IMG/VR virus record: IMGVR_UViG_3300032038_000015
Coordinates: 67,992 to 131,991 of that record
Reading direction: 5' to 3' (one strand)
Source of the DNA: a virus
Taxonomy: Duplodnaviria; Caudoviricetes
Length of the DNA stretch: 64,000 bases
Every line of letters starts with the position of its first letter. Positions within the stretch are counted from its first letter, which is position 1. The notes beneath the pieces were generated by a model that searched no databases, had not been told where the DNA came from, and worked only from the letters and a program-made list of their open reading frames with translations. Position numbers and translations under genes: made by a program. Below are positions 40,245 through 49,757 of this stretch, piece after piece.

Positions 40245-41438
40245 TTAGTTCATGCCTTCAAGCATTGCAAGAAGGTCATCATCTTCTGACGAAGTTTCCT
40301 CATTCTCTAAATCTGTATCATCATCTGAACTTGGTTCTGCACCAGCATCAAGTAATGCTTGCTCGTAGAAATAAAGGTCGTCTTCATCATATTTGCCATC
40401 TTCAAATGCTACAGTAGGCTTTCTATCGTCACCAGTTCCCACATATGTAATGTCAGGCTTTACAATAATCATTCTTCTCTCACGATTGCCATTACCTACT
40501 GCAATCTTCTTCTCTGCTTCTTCTTCTGAATACAGTCCCATTTCAATAAGTTCCTTGATATCATCAGGAATATCATCTTCTGTAATATTCACAGTAGATC
40601 CACCTTCTACTAAATTACCTGTAACTGTAATCTCAGTAATTTTACCCTTCTTAGGTTTAAAAAATCTCTGAAGCATCTTAGCTGTAATCTCTGGATTCTC
40701 ATTGATAGCGACTTCAAATGTCTTAGGGTATGTAACATTCTTCTTAACTTCAATCTTCTCTCCGTCAATCTTAGGCTTTCCAACATAGTCAACAACATAT
40801 GCTGCCAGTTCCATAGTACCCTTATCATCATTTTTCTTTCCGATACTCTTTGAATCAACAAGAATTGTCTGTGAGAATGTAGCCTTGAAATCTGCCTCAT
40901 CGTCAATTTTTGAAAGTACAATAGATGTAATCTCTTTCTTTGTAGAAACATTACCTTCATACTCACTGTAACCGATTGTACCCTTTACATTTACAATCAT
41001 TCCGTCCTCAAGATGCTCATTCAGATACTCTACTGCATCATAAGCTGTGAGGAACTTCTTATATACAGTCTTATCCTTTACATCTTTCTCAACACCAACT
41101 GTTAAGAATGAAGAATCTGAAATGCTATCATACAGAGATTCATCAAGACGATCCTCCCACGCAATCTCTACTGACTTACTCTTTCCTGTATCGTCCTTCT
41201 CATCCTTGCTGTAAGCACGAATTACATTATCCTTATCAGGGAAGAAACCACTTCTCATCTCTGCATATACTGTGTTGCCATTCCCACAATCAACACCTAC
41301 ATACATACTGTTATCTGTCCAACCAGAATCATAACTATTGTCAAGATTAAATGTCTTGTCTGTTACTTTTACACGACCAATAAGATTGAATACTGCCTTA
41401 CCTTTTTTTAATGCTTTTCTTTCTTTTGTCTTTGCCAA
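40245..41438 (-). CDS. Putative single-stranded DNA-binding protein
   Basis: Beta-rich OB-like pattern, very acidic C-terminal tail, head of the replication operon. Confidence 0.55.
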   Translation of the reverse strand: MAKTKERKALKKGKAVFNLIGRVKVTDKTFNLDNSYDSGWTDNSMYVGVDCGNGNTVYAEMRSGFFPDKDNVIRAYSKDEKDDTGKSKSVEIAWEDRLDESLYDSISDSSFLTVGVEKDVKDKTVYKKFLTAYDAVEYLNEHLEDGMIVNVKGTIGYSEYEGNVSTKKEITSIVLSKIDDEADFKATFSQTILVDSKSIGKKNDDKGTMELAAYVVDYVGKPKIDGEKIEVKKNVTYPKTFEVAINENPEITAKMLQRFFKPKKGKITEITVTGNLVEGGSTVNITEDDIPDDIKELIEMGLYSEEEAEKKIAVGNGNRERRMIIVKPDITYVGTGDDRKPTVAFEDGKYDEDDLYFYEQALLDAGAEPSSDDDTDLENEETSSEDDDLLAMLEGMN

Positions 41439-41709
41439 ATTACTTGTCCTCCTTAAAATTAAAAAAATATATAAATATTGTTAATAAAACAATCTATCTA
41501 AACGCCCAAAAAGGACGGAACACAGAAAATAAATTTATGTAAAAATCTATCTTCAACAGTGATTTTTGAGTATAAAAACCCAAGGGTATGCTGTTCTTCC
41601 ACCCATACAAATGCTTTCCACATTTATTTATTCTCTTGTTTGTCACGGATTTTATATATTATTCGTGACATTTTGTTTTGGAATTTTTGAACTGATTTGT
41701 TCTTAGTAT

Positions 41710-42033
41710 TTATTTCACTCTGTTAATTTTAATCCAATGTAATCTTCGATGACTTAACACGCTTAAAGCATCATCAAGACCTTCGCAATAAGCTGATTGA
41801 CAATCGTAGTTAGAATAATTTTTCATATTACCAATTAGTTTATTAACATATTCCTGCTCATCCTTCTTGTCTATTGAAAGCAACCGAATTTTTTCCATAC
41901 ATTTGTTACAAATATCTAATTTGTTAAATAATCTATTCCAGATTCTATATCCATTTGTAAAACCACGACATCGGATATCTGTTTTAAGAATGTCGCCACA
42001 AATATCGCAAGTTCTGTAATTTACTTTTGCCAC
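41710..42033 (-). CDS. Zinc-finger hypothetical protein
   Basis: CDIC...CNKC. Confidence 0.6.
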   Translation of the reverse strand: MAKVNYRTCDICGDILKTDIRCRGFTNGYRIWNRLFNKLDICNKCMEKIRLLSIDKKDEQEYVNKLIGNMKNYSNYDCQSAYCEGLDDALSVLSHRRLHWIKINRVK

Positions 42034-42060
42034 TTTCTTACCTCACTTATATATTCTCTC

Positions 42061-42276
42061 TTACCATCTTGGGAATTTTCCATTATGTTCTAATCTGATT
42101 TTATTAAGCATGTCGGCTAATCCAAGCATAAGTGTTTCAATTTCTTCTACACTATCGAATTCATAAAATTCCTTTGTGCAAAAGCCTCGTTTTGTGCCAG
42201 TTGATAATCCATATTTAGAACCATCCATTAGCTTATATGTTAAAATCATTTCCACATCTCTGCCATCTTTTTTCAT
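42061..42276 (-). CDS. Hypothetical protein
   Basis: ORF with RBS GAGGAGG. Confidence 0.6.
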   Translation of the reverse strand: MKKDGRDVEMILTYKLMDGSKYGLSTGTKRGFCTKEFYEFDSVEEIETLMLGLADMLNKIRLEHNGKFPRW

Positions 42277-42495
42277 CTCATTTTACCTCCTCAAAATCCA
42301 CAGGAAACAGTGATTTACAATCAACTTTCTGTTTTTCTATGATAATAAGCCACATCTCTTATGTGTGTATTTTTAGATACAGACCAATAACTGATTCCAT
42401 CTAATATAATGAGAAATTCATTATGTGTTAGCTTACATAATAATCTTGTAATCTTTACAATAATTTTCTTACTCATATATTTTCCTTTCACTTGC

Positions 42496-42959
42496 TTATT
42501 CTCTCCCATTATAATGCCTCCTTCCATACTCTGCAATCAACAATGCCTCTGCAATTCCGTCGTGTCTTTTCTGCATCGTTCTGTAGCCTTCAAATTTACA
42601 GAAGGAAATAGTCTCTTGCATACTTCGATAGATGTATTTTTATCACTTGTTACACTAAATTCTTTTTTCCACTTTTGAGGTGTAACAAGTTCATAAGGTA
42701 TTCCATATGCTTTTAATACACCTTGAATAAATCCAAAATTCATTCCAAAATTGAAAGTGCTAGACACCCCTTGCTTAGGCATTGCATGAACGTGTTCAAG
42801 ATAACAGATTACACTACCTTGCCAACCTTGTGTATATACAAATCCAAGATAATTTATTAAAACATCATCAGAATATGGAAATGCTTCACAACTATTCTTA
42901 TCATCACTTATGCAAGCTATTCCACCATTCTTTCCTGGATCCACTCCAATATAAATCAT
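42496..42959 (-). pseudogene. ruvC: RuvC-like Holliday junction resolvase, frameshifted near 42563
   Basis: IGVDPG, YLEHV, STFNFG, PQKWKK. The expected HDGIAEALLIAEYG continues in another frame to stop 42496. Confidence 0.75.
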
Positions 42960-42991
42960 TATTTCACTCTCACCTCCAACTATATATTCTC

Positions 42992-43363
42992 TTATCTCAA
43001 TCCTACATTATCTACAAATTCAACTGTACCTTTTGGAACAAACACTGTAATTTCGTCACCATAATTTATATGTGGCTTAGCAGTTATTTCAATATAAGGT
43101 TTATCATTTGTCTGTTGAATATTTACCGTTCCTTGAAACATATGAATCTGATCATTATAACAAACAGTAATCACATCATAATTATGAGATGGTACATTAG
43201 ACGATACTGAGTGATAAATTGCATAAGTGCCATCTTTTATTTCCTGTAATCCATACGAATATTTTTCTGTATATTCTCCATAAGATACAATTTTATATAC
43301 TCCGAAGAATATTGCTGCAATTATCACTACAACAAATATCGTATTTTTTATATAAGCTTTAAT
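42992..43363 (-). CDS. Membrane-anchored hypothetical protein (probable ATT start)
   Basis: N-terminal transmembrane segment. GGAGGTG followed by in-frame ATT. Confidence 0.6.
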   Translation of the reverse strand: MKAYIKNTIFVVVIIAAIFFGVYKIVSYGEYTEKYSYGLQEIKDGTYAIYHSVSSNVPSHNYDVITVCYNDQIHMFQGTVNIQQTNDKPYIEITAKPHINYGDEITVFVPKGTVEFVDNVGLR

Positions 43364-43398
43364 AATCTCACCTCCAACTATATATTCTCTGTTTTATC

Positions 43399-43800
43399 TC
43401 AATTCTGTCTTTTGTCCTTTTTGTCCTTATCCATTACATCTTTCATAAAATATGGCTTAGTAACAATATCAAAAATTATGTAGTAGAGATGGTTACAGAA
43501 AGCAAAGAATTTTATATTTTTGCAATCCAAATCATCACCACCAAGATCTTCTGCTATATTTTCAATAATAAAAGTGACAATGGCATTTCTATTGATAGGA
43601 ACATTGTGATGAATATGAGATTTTACTAAATAGACCAATCTATCTTCCACCTCTTCAAGTTCAAATTTGTATACATTTTTATATAATTCATTATCTTCGT
43701 CTTTTGATTCACCAAAAACTGCCTCAAACATAAAGTTCTGAAAATCTTCCTGACGAAATGCTTCTCTAATTTTATTCTCTGTCTCTTTTTCAAATCTCAT
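43399..43800 (-). CDS. Hypothetical protein
   Basis: ORF with RBS GGAGG before ATG 43800. Confidence 0.65.
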   Translation of the reverse strand: MRFEKETENKIREAFRQEDFQNFMFEAVFGESKDEDNELYKNVYKFELEEVEDRLVYLVKSHIHHNVPINRNAIVTFIIENIAEDLGGDDLDCKNIKFFAFCNHLYYIIFDIVTKPYFMKDVMDKDKKDKRQN

Positions 43801-43843
43801 ATTCTTTACCTCCACAACCAAGAAATGTCAGTTTCCTTCGACT

Positions 43844-44065
43844 CTATTTCTTCACTGTTACATTGAAAACTGACCTTAAAATGCAGATAATCAACCAAAT
43901 ACCAGTCGCAATAGACCATTTAAATGTCAAACCAAAGCACATTGTAATAAGCTTGATTATTCCACATGTAACAATCCAACTAAGTCCATAACATAATGCC
44001 AAAATTGTAATGACAATAACTGCTGTTGCGCCACCTTTTGTTAATTTTTGCTTTAAATTACTCAT
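43844..44065 (-). CDS. Small membrane protein
   Basis: Two hydrophobic segments and RBS AAGGAG. Confidence 0.7.
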   Translation of the reverse strand: MSNLKQKLTKGGATAVIVITILALCYGLSWIVTCGIIKLITMCFGLTFKWSIATGIWLIICILRSVFNVTVKK

Positions 44066-44085
44066 ATGTATATTCTCCTTTATAT

Positions 44086-44928
44086 TTACTCTTCACCAAT
44101 AAACACCAACCTATCAATATATTCTCTACCTTCGCCCTTGAAAATAGGAATATCTGTATCAATAATCCACTCATTTTCTGATTTAGAAGAATCTCTTAAC
44201 TGTGCAGTTGCCATAACACTATCAGTTTCAATAACAATCTTATTTCTTACACAGCAACTTCCTCTCTTCTGATAAGTAGGTAAATCATTCCAGTTGATAC
44301 CTTTCTGAGTCATAAGCATATCTTGAATATCATTACACGACTTATTCTGTAATTCCTTGTGTGAAAAATTGGCTTGACCTACCATCTGAATTGAGTTACG
44401 AGAAGCATCAAGTTGTCGCCAATATACGAGATTTGTTACTTCTTCTTTTGGAATATTGAAACAACGAGCATCAAACATTGCACCTTTGTCAACTGCATTC
44501 TGTAAAATTTTAATATAATCAGCTAAATACTGATCGTCATAATTCTCATATAAATAGTCACCAACATTATCTCTGAAGAATTTATTAAAAGCCATCGTAG
44601 CCATACTTGCCGCAATACTACATAACTTATCAACTCTATAATCAAAGAAACAATCTGTATTTAACTTATCATAATCAATGAGAAGTAATGTGATTTCATC
44701 GCTCTGTTGATAAGATAATTTGCAATTCTGAATATTTTCGCATAAATATTTAGTGGTATCCTGCATTGATTTTATAAATACTTCATCAAATGGTCTTTCA
44801 AATCCTCTTGTGAAGCTATGCCCAGCTCTCATGTCTAGCCTCAAAATCACTGGCATTCTTCGCTGAAGATAATATCTATTCCTTTTTTCATAACCTTTCA
44901 TTCTTTCTGCTAAGTCCGATATGTCCAT
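44086..44928 (-). CDS. Thg1-like 3'-5' nucleotidyltransferase (tRNA-His guanylyltransferase family)
   Basis: RMK.YE, RLD...HSFT, QSDEI, FDAR, WRQ.DA.RNS. Confidence 0.9.
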   Translation of the reverse strand: MDISDLAERMKGYEKRNRYYLQRRMPVILRLDMRAGHSFTRGFERPFDEVFIKSMQDTTKYLCENIQNCKLSYQQSDEITLLLIDYDKLNTDCFFDYRVDKLCSIAASMATMAFNKFFRDNVGDYLYENYDDQYLADYIKILQNAVDKGAMFDARCFNIPKEEVTNLVYWRQLDASRNSIQMVGQANFSHKELQNKSCNDIQDMLMTQKGINWNDLPTYQKRGSCCVRNKIVIETDSVMATAQLRDSSKSENEWIIDTDIPIFKGEGREYIDRLVFIGEE

Positions 44929-44940
44929 GATTTATACCTC

Positions 44941-45135
44941 CTAATCTGTAATCTCAACATTGTAACTCATCATTGCTTCATAACATTTTTTTATTATTGC
45001 CCCATTTTTATATTCTTGTTCTGCTATTTTCTTAATCAAATCTTCCTTATAGTCTTTATATGCATAAAAAGCATCATTCGGATTATTATAAGTTCCAGTG
45101 AACACTCACACCACTAAATCATCATGTACTGGCAT
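44941..45135 (-). pseudogene. Remnant: orphan start MPVHDDL plus C-terminal tail of a homing-endonuclease-like gene
   Basis: RBS+ATG at 45135, stop after 9 codons, then GTYNNPNDAFYAYKDYKEDLIKKIA...VEITD (AP2/HNH-type tail by pattern). Confidence 0.45.
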
Positions 45136-45169
45136 ATATGTACCTCTCTTTCAATATGTATATTCTCCT

Positions 45170-45430
45170 TTACGCTTCAAAATTGAACTCATCAGATGAA
45201 ATCTTATTGTTAATAATCTTCTGATAAATGTCTATATACATCTCATCTTTATCTCTGTTATAAGTAACTTCTGCATATTTGTTGCCCATTGGCTGTCCCC
45301 AAATAGTACACTTCTTATAACCTAATTCATGTGCAAACCACACAAGATCCAACTGGTCAATACTGATATTTTCACTCAATGTCTGAATTACTGCATTCTT
45401 TGCAGCTTTTTCAAATTCGTAACTTGTCAT
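45170..45430 (-). CDS. Conserved small phage protein (DUF6275-like)
   Basis: LVWF..LG..K...Y.EVTYN.DK.E.Y.D.Y.K..N pattern. Confidence 0.7.
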   Translation of the reverse strand: MTSYEFEKAAKNAVIQTLSENISIDQLDLVWFAHELGYKKCTIWGQPMGNKYAEVTYNRDKDEMYIDIYQKIINNKISSDEFNFEA

Positions 45431-45468
45431 TATAATTACCTCCACTTTAATATTCTCTTAATCAGTTA

Positions 45469-45858
45469 CTACTTCTGTTTCATTGCTTTATATAAACTTT
45501 TTTCTAAAGTTCCAATTTCTTTCTTTAAGTTCCTTACTTCTTCTTTTTTATTCCTTAATAAATTTACTAATTCAGTAACATTGTTTTTAACTTTTTCAAT
45601 ATCAATGATGCAATGAGGGAATTTATAATTTGAATAAATAAGAAGCTGCATAGGATAAAATTCTTCATCTGTAAGCTCTTTTACAAGTTTAAAGTCGTTA
45701 ATTTGAGAATCATCAAGACCATAATTTCTGTAAGAATTCCTATTTATTATTATATTATCAATTTTGAATCTTAAATCCGTATGACCTTGATCCATATAAG
45801 CATCTAAATAACTTGGTTTTTCTATGTCTCCATATCTTCCGTAAACCATATCAGACAC
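45469..45858 (-). CDS. Hypothetical protein
   Basis: ORF with C-terminal coiled coil. Frame extends upstream. Confidence 0.6.
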   Translation of the reverse strand: MSDMVYGRYGDIEKPSYLDAYMDQGHTDLRFKIDNIIINRNSYRNYGLDDSQINDFKLVKELTDEEFYPMQLLIYSNYKFPHCIIDIEKVKNNVTELVNLLRNKKEEVRNLKKEIGTLEKSLYKAMKQK

Positions 45859-45989
45859 AGATAAAACTAAATAAAAAGCATCTTTTGCAGGATTATAGTA
45901 TATACATTTTTCTTTTAAAATAATTCATTTCTCCTTTATATTTTATATTTTCTCTCCTTCTGTTCGCAAGAAATCGAAATTTTATGTGG

Positions 45990-46070
45990 TTTTTACAAAC
46001 CTTCCTGCTTCACAGATCTCGTAGCCTACTATCTCCACAGGCTTAACATCCGACACATACTGCCGTACAT
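45990..46070 (-). ncRNA. omegaRNA-like scaffold of TnpB-2, lacking the IS right-end hairpin
   Basis: GTACGGCAG...TGTCGGA...GCCTGTGGAG.TAGTAGG...TGAAGCAGGAAG aligns with the TnpB-1 omegaRNA up to the terminal hairpin. Confidence 0.65.
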
Positions 46071-46077
46071 TTTATAT

Positions 46078-47193
46078 TTAAGATGCTTCTCGCAATCTCA
46101 AACCTTCTATTAATATATTCTCTGCTGCGTTAATATCTCTATCGTGTTTTGATCCGCATTGAGGACAAATCCATTCTCTAACTGATAAATCCTTAACACC
46201 TTTATTCTGATAACCACAACAACTACATATTTGAGAACTTGCAAAAAATCTATCTACTTTTATATATTCTCTGCCATACCATTCGGCTTTATAAGATAAT
46301 TGTCTGGTTAATTCATACCAACTACAATCAGATACCGATTTTGCAAGATTATGATTTTGCCGCATACCTTCTATATTCAAATTCTCACTCACTATCACTT
46401 GGTTTTCGTTTATAAGTTTGTGAGAAATCTGATGTAAATTATAAAGTCTGATATTACGAATTTTCTCATATACCTTTGCTACTTTTATTCTCTGTTTTTC
46501 ATAGTTAGCACTACCTTTTTGTTTCTTAGCAAGTCTTCTTTGCTCTTTTGCTAACTTATCTTCGTATCTTTTAGTAGTGAGAATATTATTAAATTTTTCA
46601 CCATCAGAAGTGATAAGTAAATCTTTAATGCCTAAATCAATACCAATTGAATTATCACTCTTTGGTAGATATTCGTATTCTGTTTCAAATAATATTGAAG
46701 CATAATATTTGCCAGATGGATCTTGTGAAATTGTTGCAGAACTAATTCTTCCAATGATCTTGCGGCTATATGCCATTTTCAGCATCCCTACTTTAGGAAC
46801 TCTTAATTTATTGCCTTCAATACGAACTGTATGGCTACCATTATTTACACTATTGTTAGTTTTGTACGATTTTCTACAATTTTTCTTATTCTTAAATTTG
46901 GGATATCCTCTATTTTCAGTAAAAAATTTTTTATAAGCATTATCCATATTAAAAACAGAATTTGTTAGAGCATATTTATCCACCTCTTTTAACCATTCGT
47001 ACTCTTTTTTAAGAACACGATTTACATAATTGTTGCAATCAGTTTTGCTCATTGATACGTTTTCTGATTTATATTTGTCTTTTTTATAAGATAAACATTG
47101 GTTGTATACAAATCTTACACATCCAAAGGTTTTCTGAATCAGTTCTTCTTGCTCTTTGCTTGGATAAATTCTATATTTATAAGCCTTAAACAT
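46078..47193 (-). CDS. tnpB: TnpB RNA-guided nuclease (second copy, no recognisable IS ends)
   Basis: [14 protein letters not shown] / SENL / DRDINAA intact, zinc finger. Confidence 0.95.
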   Translation of the reverse strand: MFKAYKYRIYPSKEQEELIQKTFGCVRFVYNQCLSYKKDKYKSENVSMSKTDCNNYVNRVLKKEYEWLKEVDKYALTNSVFNMDNAYKKFFTENRGYPKFKNKKNCRKSYKTNNSVNNGSHTVRIEGNKLRVPKVGMLKMAYSRKIIGRISSATISQDPSGKYYASILFETEYEYLPKSDNSIGIDLGIKDLLITSDGEKFNNILTTKRYEDKLAKEQRRLAKKQKGSANYEKQRIKVAKVYEKIRNIRLYNLHQISHKLINENQVIVSENLNIEGMRQNHNLAKSVSDCSWYELTRQLSYKAEWYGREYIKVDRFFASSQICSCCGYQNKGVKDLSVREWICPQCGSKHDRDINAAENILIEGLRLREAS

Positions 47194-47220
47194 TTGCTAT
47201 CACCTCTCTTTCTAATAAGA

Positions 47221-47280
47221 TTATATAACCGTTATATAACCTTTGTCAAGTAAAAGTTATATAACTTGACTATAACCGTT
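47221..47280. promoter_or_regulatory. Divergent promoter region with repeated TTATATAAC boxes (putative RHH operators)
   Basis: TTATATAACC, GTTATATAACC, GTTATATAACT and CTATAACC. TTGACA on the - strand and TTGACT on the + strand. Confidence 0.6.
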
Positions 47281-47317
47281 CTATATGTTATTATTCTCTC
47301 AAACGGAGGTGATTATA

Positions 47318-47467
47318 ATGGCAGTTGGGAAAGATAAAACTGGTGTACTTATCAATATGAACAAAGATATAAAAGCCAAATTAGAAGAACTTGCTAGAAA
47401 AGATGGACGTTCCTTAACTAATCTCATCAATAAAATACTTACTGAATATGTGGAGAGTCAGAAATAA
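47318..47467 (+). CDS. Ribbon-helix-helix regulator, paralog of 34737..34889
   Basis: MAVGKDK...LEELARKDGRSLTNLI with the same RBS context and terminal hairpin. Confidence 0.8.
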   Translation: MAVGKDKTGVLINMNKDIKAKLEELARKDGRSLTNLINKILTEYVESQK

Positions 47468-47645
47468 TCTGACTCTCCTTCTCTTCACTCAGCAATCTCT
47501 TACAGTTCTCATACTGAATATCATTCGTCTTATAAGCGTTTCTGAGATTACTTTCTAAGCAGCGAATAATTCTTATTAGCTCATCCTTTGTCATATGTTT
47601 TAAAGAGCTGTCTGCCAAAGTATGTTTCCCATCGCCTATCGCCAT
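47439..47645 (-). CDS. Hypothetical protein
   Basis: ORF whose end overlaps the RHH cassette. Confidence 0.55.
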   Translation of the reverse strand: MAIGDGKHTLADSSLKHMTKDELIRIIRCLESNLRNAYKTNDIQYENCKRLLSEEKESQIISDSPHIQ

Positions 47646-47666
47646 ATAGTTATCCTTCTAATCGTT

Positions 47667-48020
47667 TTATTCAACAACATATTCACCATCTGCATCATAA
47701 AGAGTCTGTATAATATCATACAATTTTTTAGCATCTTCTTTATAAATCCAACCGTATCTTGGGGAAGTACCGTAATCACCGTATCGTAAAACTAACCATG
47801 ACCAAAAAATTCCACCAAATTCGTCAACTTTATCTCTACCACATTTAACTTTCCAGTCAGGTCGTTTTGCACTATCAAACTTGTCTGTAGATTCAAACAT
47901 CTTATGTAATTCATTCATTATATCAGTTATATCTTCTTCATATCCGTTGTAACACGCAAGGGATAAAAAAGAATTAATTGCATCTACATCTCCTTGCGCA
48001 AATTTATTATTATTTTCCAT
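47667..48020 (-). CDS. Hypothetical protein
   Basis: ORF with RBS GGAGGTG and GDYGTSPRYGWI motif. Confidence 0.7.
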   Translation of the reverse strand: MENNNKFAQGDVDAINSFLSLACYNGYEEDITDIMNELHKMFESTDKFDSAKRPDWKVKCGRDKVDEFGGIFWSWLVLRYGDYGTSPRYGWIYKEDAKKLYDIIQTLYDADGEYVVE

Positions 48021-48063
48021 TATTCACACCTCCAATCTGTCCAAACGAAAGAAAAATTTCTTG

Positions 48064-48825
48064 CTAATCTAACCACCTGTTATCCAAATAGTAGAACCCA
48101 AATACCATTCCACCAATTAAAATAACCCAAAAGATCCAGAAAATAATAATTGGAAAGTCAGATTCTAGCCTTTCTATCGTCTCATCAATAGTCAAATTAT
48201 TATAAAATGATGTGTTATCAGAAATGGTTTTATTTCTCAAATCTGTAAAAATTGTTCCTTTATATTCAGTGCCAACACCATAATATTTGTACCTCACATG
48301 ACTCGATTCTTTGATTGTGTCAATATAATCAGTACCAGGTAAATCAATCTTATTACTTGCGAAATTCACTCCACAAAATGATACTTCTTTGCACTTAATA
48401 TCTTCACTTCCAACTCTATCCCAAGTCCAATATGTTTCTATTGTAGTATACGAATGTCCTTTGCCATCAGTATGAGTAACAATTCTTGTATGCATCGTAT
48501 ATCGCTCTTTAACTTTTTCTACATACATATATTCTCCACCGATTTCAGGATATGTAACTGTATCTACTGCTTTCAAATCGCCATATACAAACGCATTACC
48601 AACATTTGTATCCATTCCATATTGGAACATTTCTTGACTTTCTATCTTAACAGCTTTGTTATAAATTTCATTTTTATCCATTTGATATTCTGAAATCTTG
48701 GAAGAAATCAGAATACCAAACAGAATCATAACTGCAATGATAGAAATACTAGCCAAAATTTCACGTTTTGTTATTTCAAAATCGCCAAAATCAAAACCTT
48801 TTCTACCATATCTGTATTTACTCAT
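48064..48825 (-). CDS. Membrane protein with N- and C-terminal transmembrane segments (LemA-associated)
   Basis: Hydrophobic termini; lies downstream of lemA. Confidence 0.75.
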   Translation of the reverse strand: MSKYRYGRKGFDFGDFEITKREILASISIIAVMILFGILISSKISEYQMDKNEIYNKAVKIESQEMFQYGMDTNVGNAFVYGDLKAVDTVTYPEIGGEYMYVEKVKERYTMHTRIVTHTDGKGHSYTTIETYWTWDRVGSEDIKCKEVSFCGVNFASNKIDLPGTDYIDTIKESSHVRYKYYGVGTEYKGTIFTDLRNKTISDNTSFYNNLTIDETIERLESDFPIIIFWIFWVILIGGMVFGFYYLDNRWLD

Positions 48826-49757
48826 ATATAATCTCCTTTATATCTCCATATATACCCACCAGCTTTTTTGGTATAATTGTTACAACATGAAATTATGTTA
48901 CTCGAAGAAACATTAGTACAACCTGAAGCCTCATGTATAGTTTTAAATTCTGCAATAAAGTTATCATTTAAATCAAATTGACATACGGGAGAATACTTTT
49001 CATTATACACATTGTATTTATCAAAATCGTCATCCAAATACCTCCATACATAACCTTTAACAGTCTTTCTTCCCTTTTTACCTTTACAACAACTAATAAT
49101 TGAAGATGTTGATGTATTTATAGATAATGATGCCGCCGATACGCTTTCCCAAATCCGAAGTAGTTCTCCGCTTGTTGTAAATTGTTTTACCTTAACTCTC
49201 CGTTTAGGTTGTTGATATTTTTTTAAATTATACTTATCAAAGGTATCTCCAATATATCTCCAAACATAGTTTTTTGATGTTTTATAAAATCCTTTACAGC
49301 ATTTTGCAATTGAACTTGAATCAATATCAAGTATTCTTCCTGCTTCTCGTATAGAATTCCATGATTTGATTAACTTTCCATTTAGGTCATATTGATTTAC
49401 TGGATCTGAAAATCTTTCTGCAATTTTTCGTTTGGCTTGTTCGGTATGATGAAGTCCTAAAAATGTCGCCTCGCCTCCATTTGAAATATTATAGCCATAC
49501 TTAGAATCATTACTTTTTAATTGCTCTATAAGTAATTTTTCAAGGTTGGAAGCATCTTTCTGAGTCAAATTATTTCTAACAACAATATGAATAAAATTCT
49601 CCCATCCATATTTGTCAATCGCTCTCCTAAAATATTGAGTTTTATATCCATTACCATTTTTGCCCCAACGATTTTTAACATTTTTTGCTGATGTTAATCC
49701 AACATAATATTTCCAACTAGGAGATATATGTATGTATACAGTGAATAACTTATTCAT
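48822..49757 (-). CDS. Free-standing GIY-YIG homing endonuclease with NUMOD1 repeats
   Basis: VYIH...YYVGLT, GYN, three V.Q.....I..W.S..EA....I..CC.G....GYVWRY repeats. Confidence 0.88.
   Translation of the reverse strand: MNKLFTVYIHISPSWKYYVGLTSAKNVKNRWGKNGNGYKTQYFRRAIDKYGWENFIHIVVRNNLTQKDASNLEKLLIEQLKSNDSKYGYNISNGGEATFLGLHHTEQAKRKIAERFSDPVNQYDLNGKLIKSWNSIREAGRILDIDSSSIAKCCKGFYKTSKNYVWRYIGDTFDKYNLKKYQQPKRRVKVKQFTTSGELLRIWESVSAASLSINTSTSSIISCCKGKKGRKTVKGYVWRYLDDDFDKYNVYNEKYSPVCQFDLNDNFIAEFKTIHEASGCTNVSSSNIISCCNNYTKKAGGYIWRYKGDYI

Noticed and set aside
40539-40555. 16/17 match between array B spacer 55038-55066 and the putative SSB gene (self-targeting?)
   Set aside because: The match covers only common codons (ELIEM). 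The guide's 5' seed bases and 3' third mismatch, so chance is likely. No convincing self-target for the other spacers was seen by eye.
41450-41700. Intergenic region with hairpins upstream of the replication operon as tRNA or origin
   Set aside because: No cloverleaf and no iterons. Only a promoter-like motif and a terminator-like hairpin.
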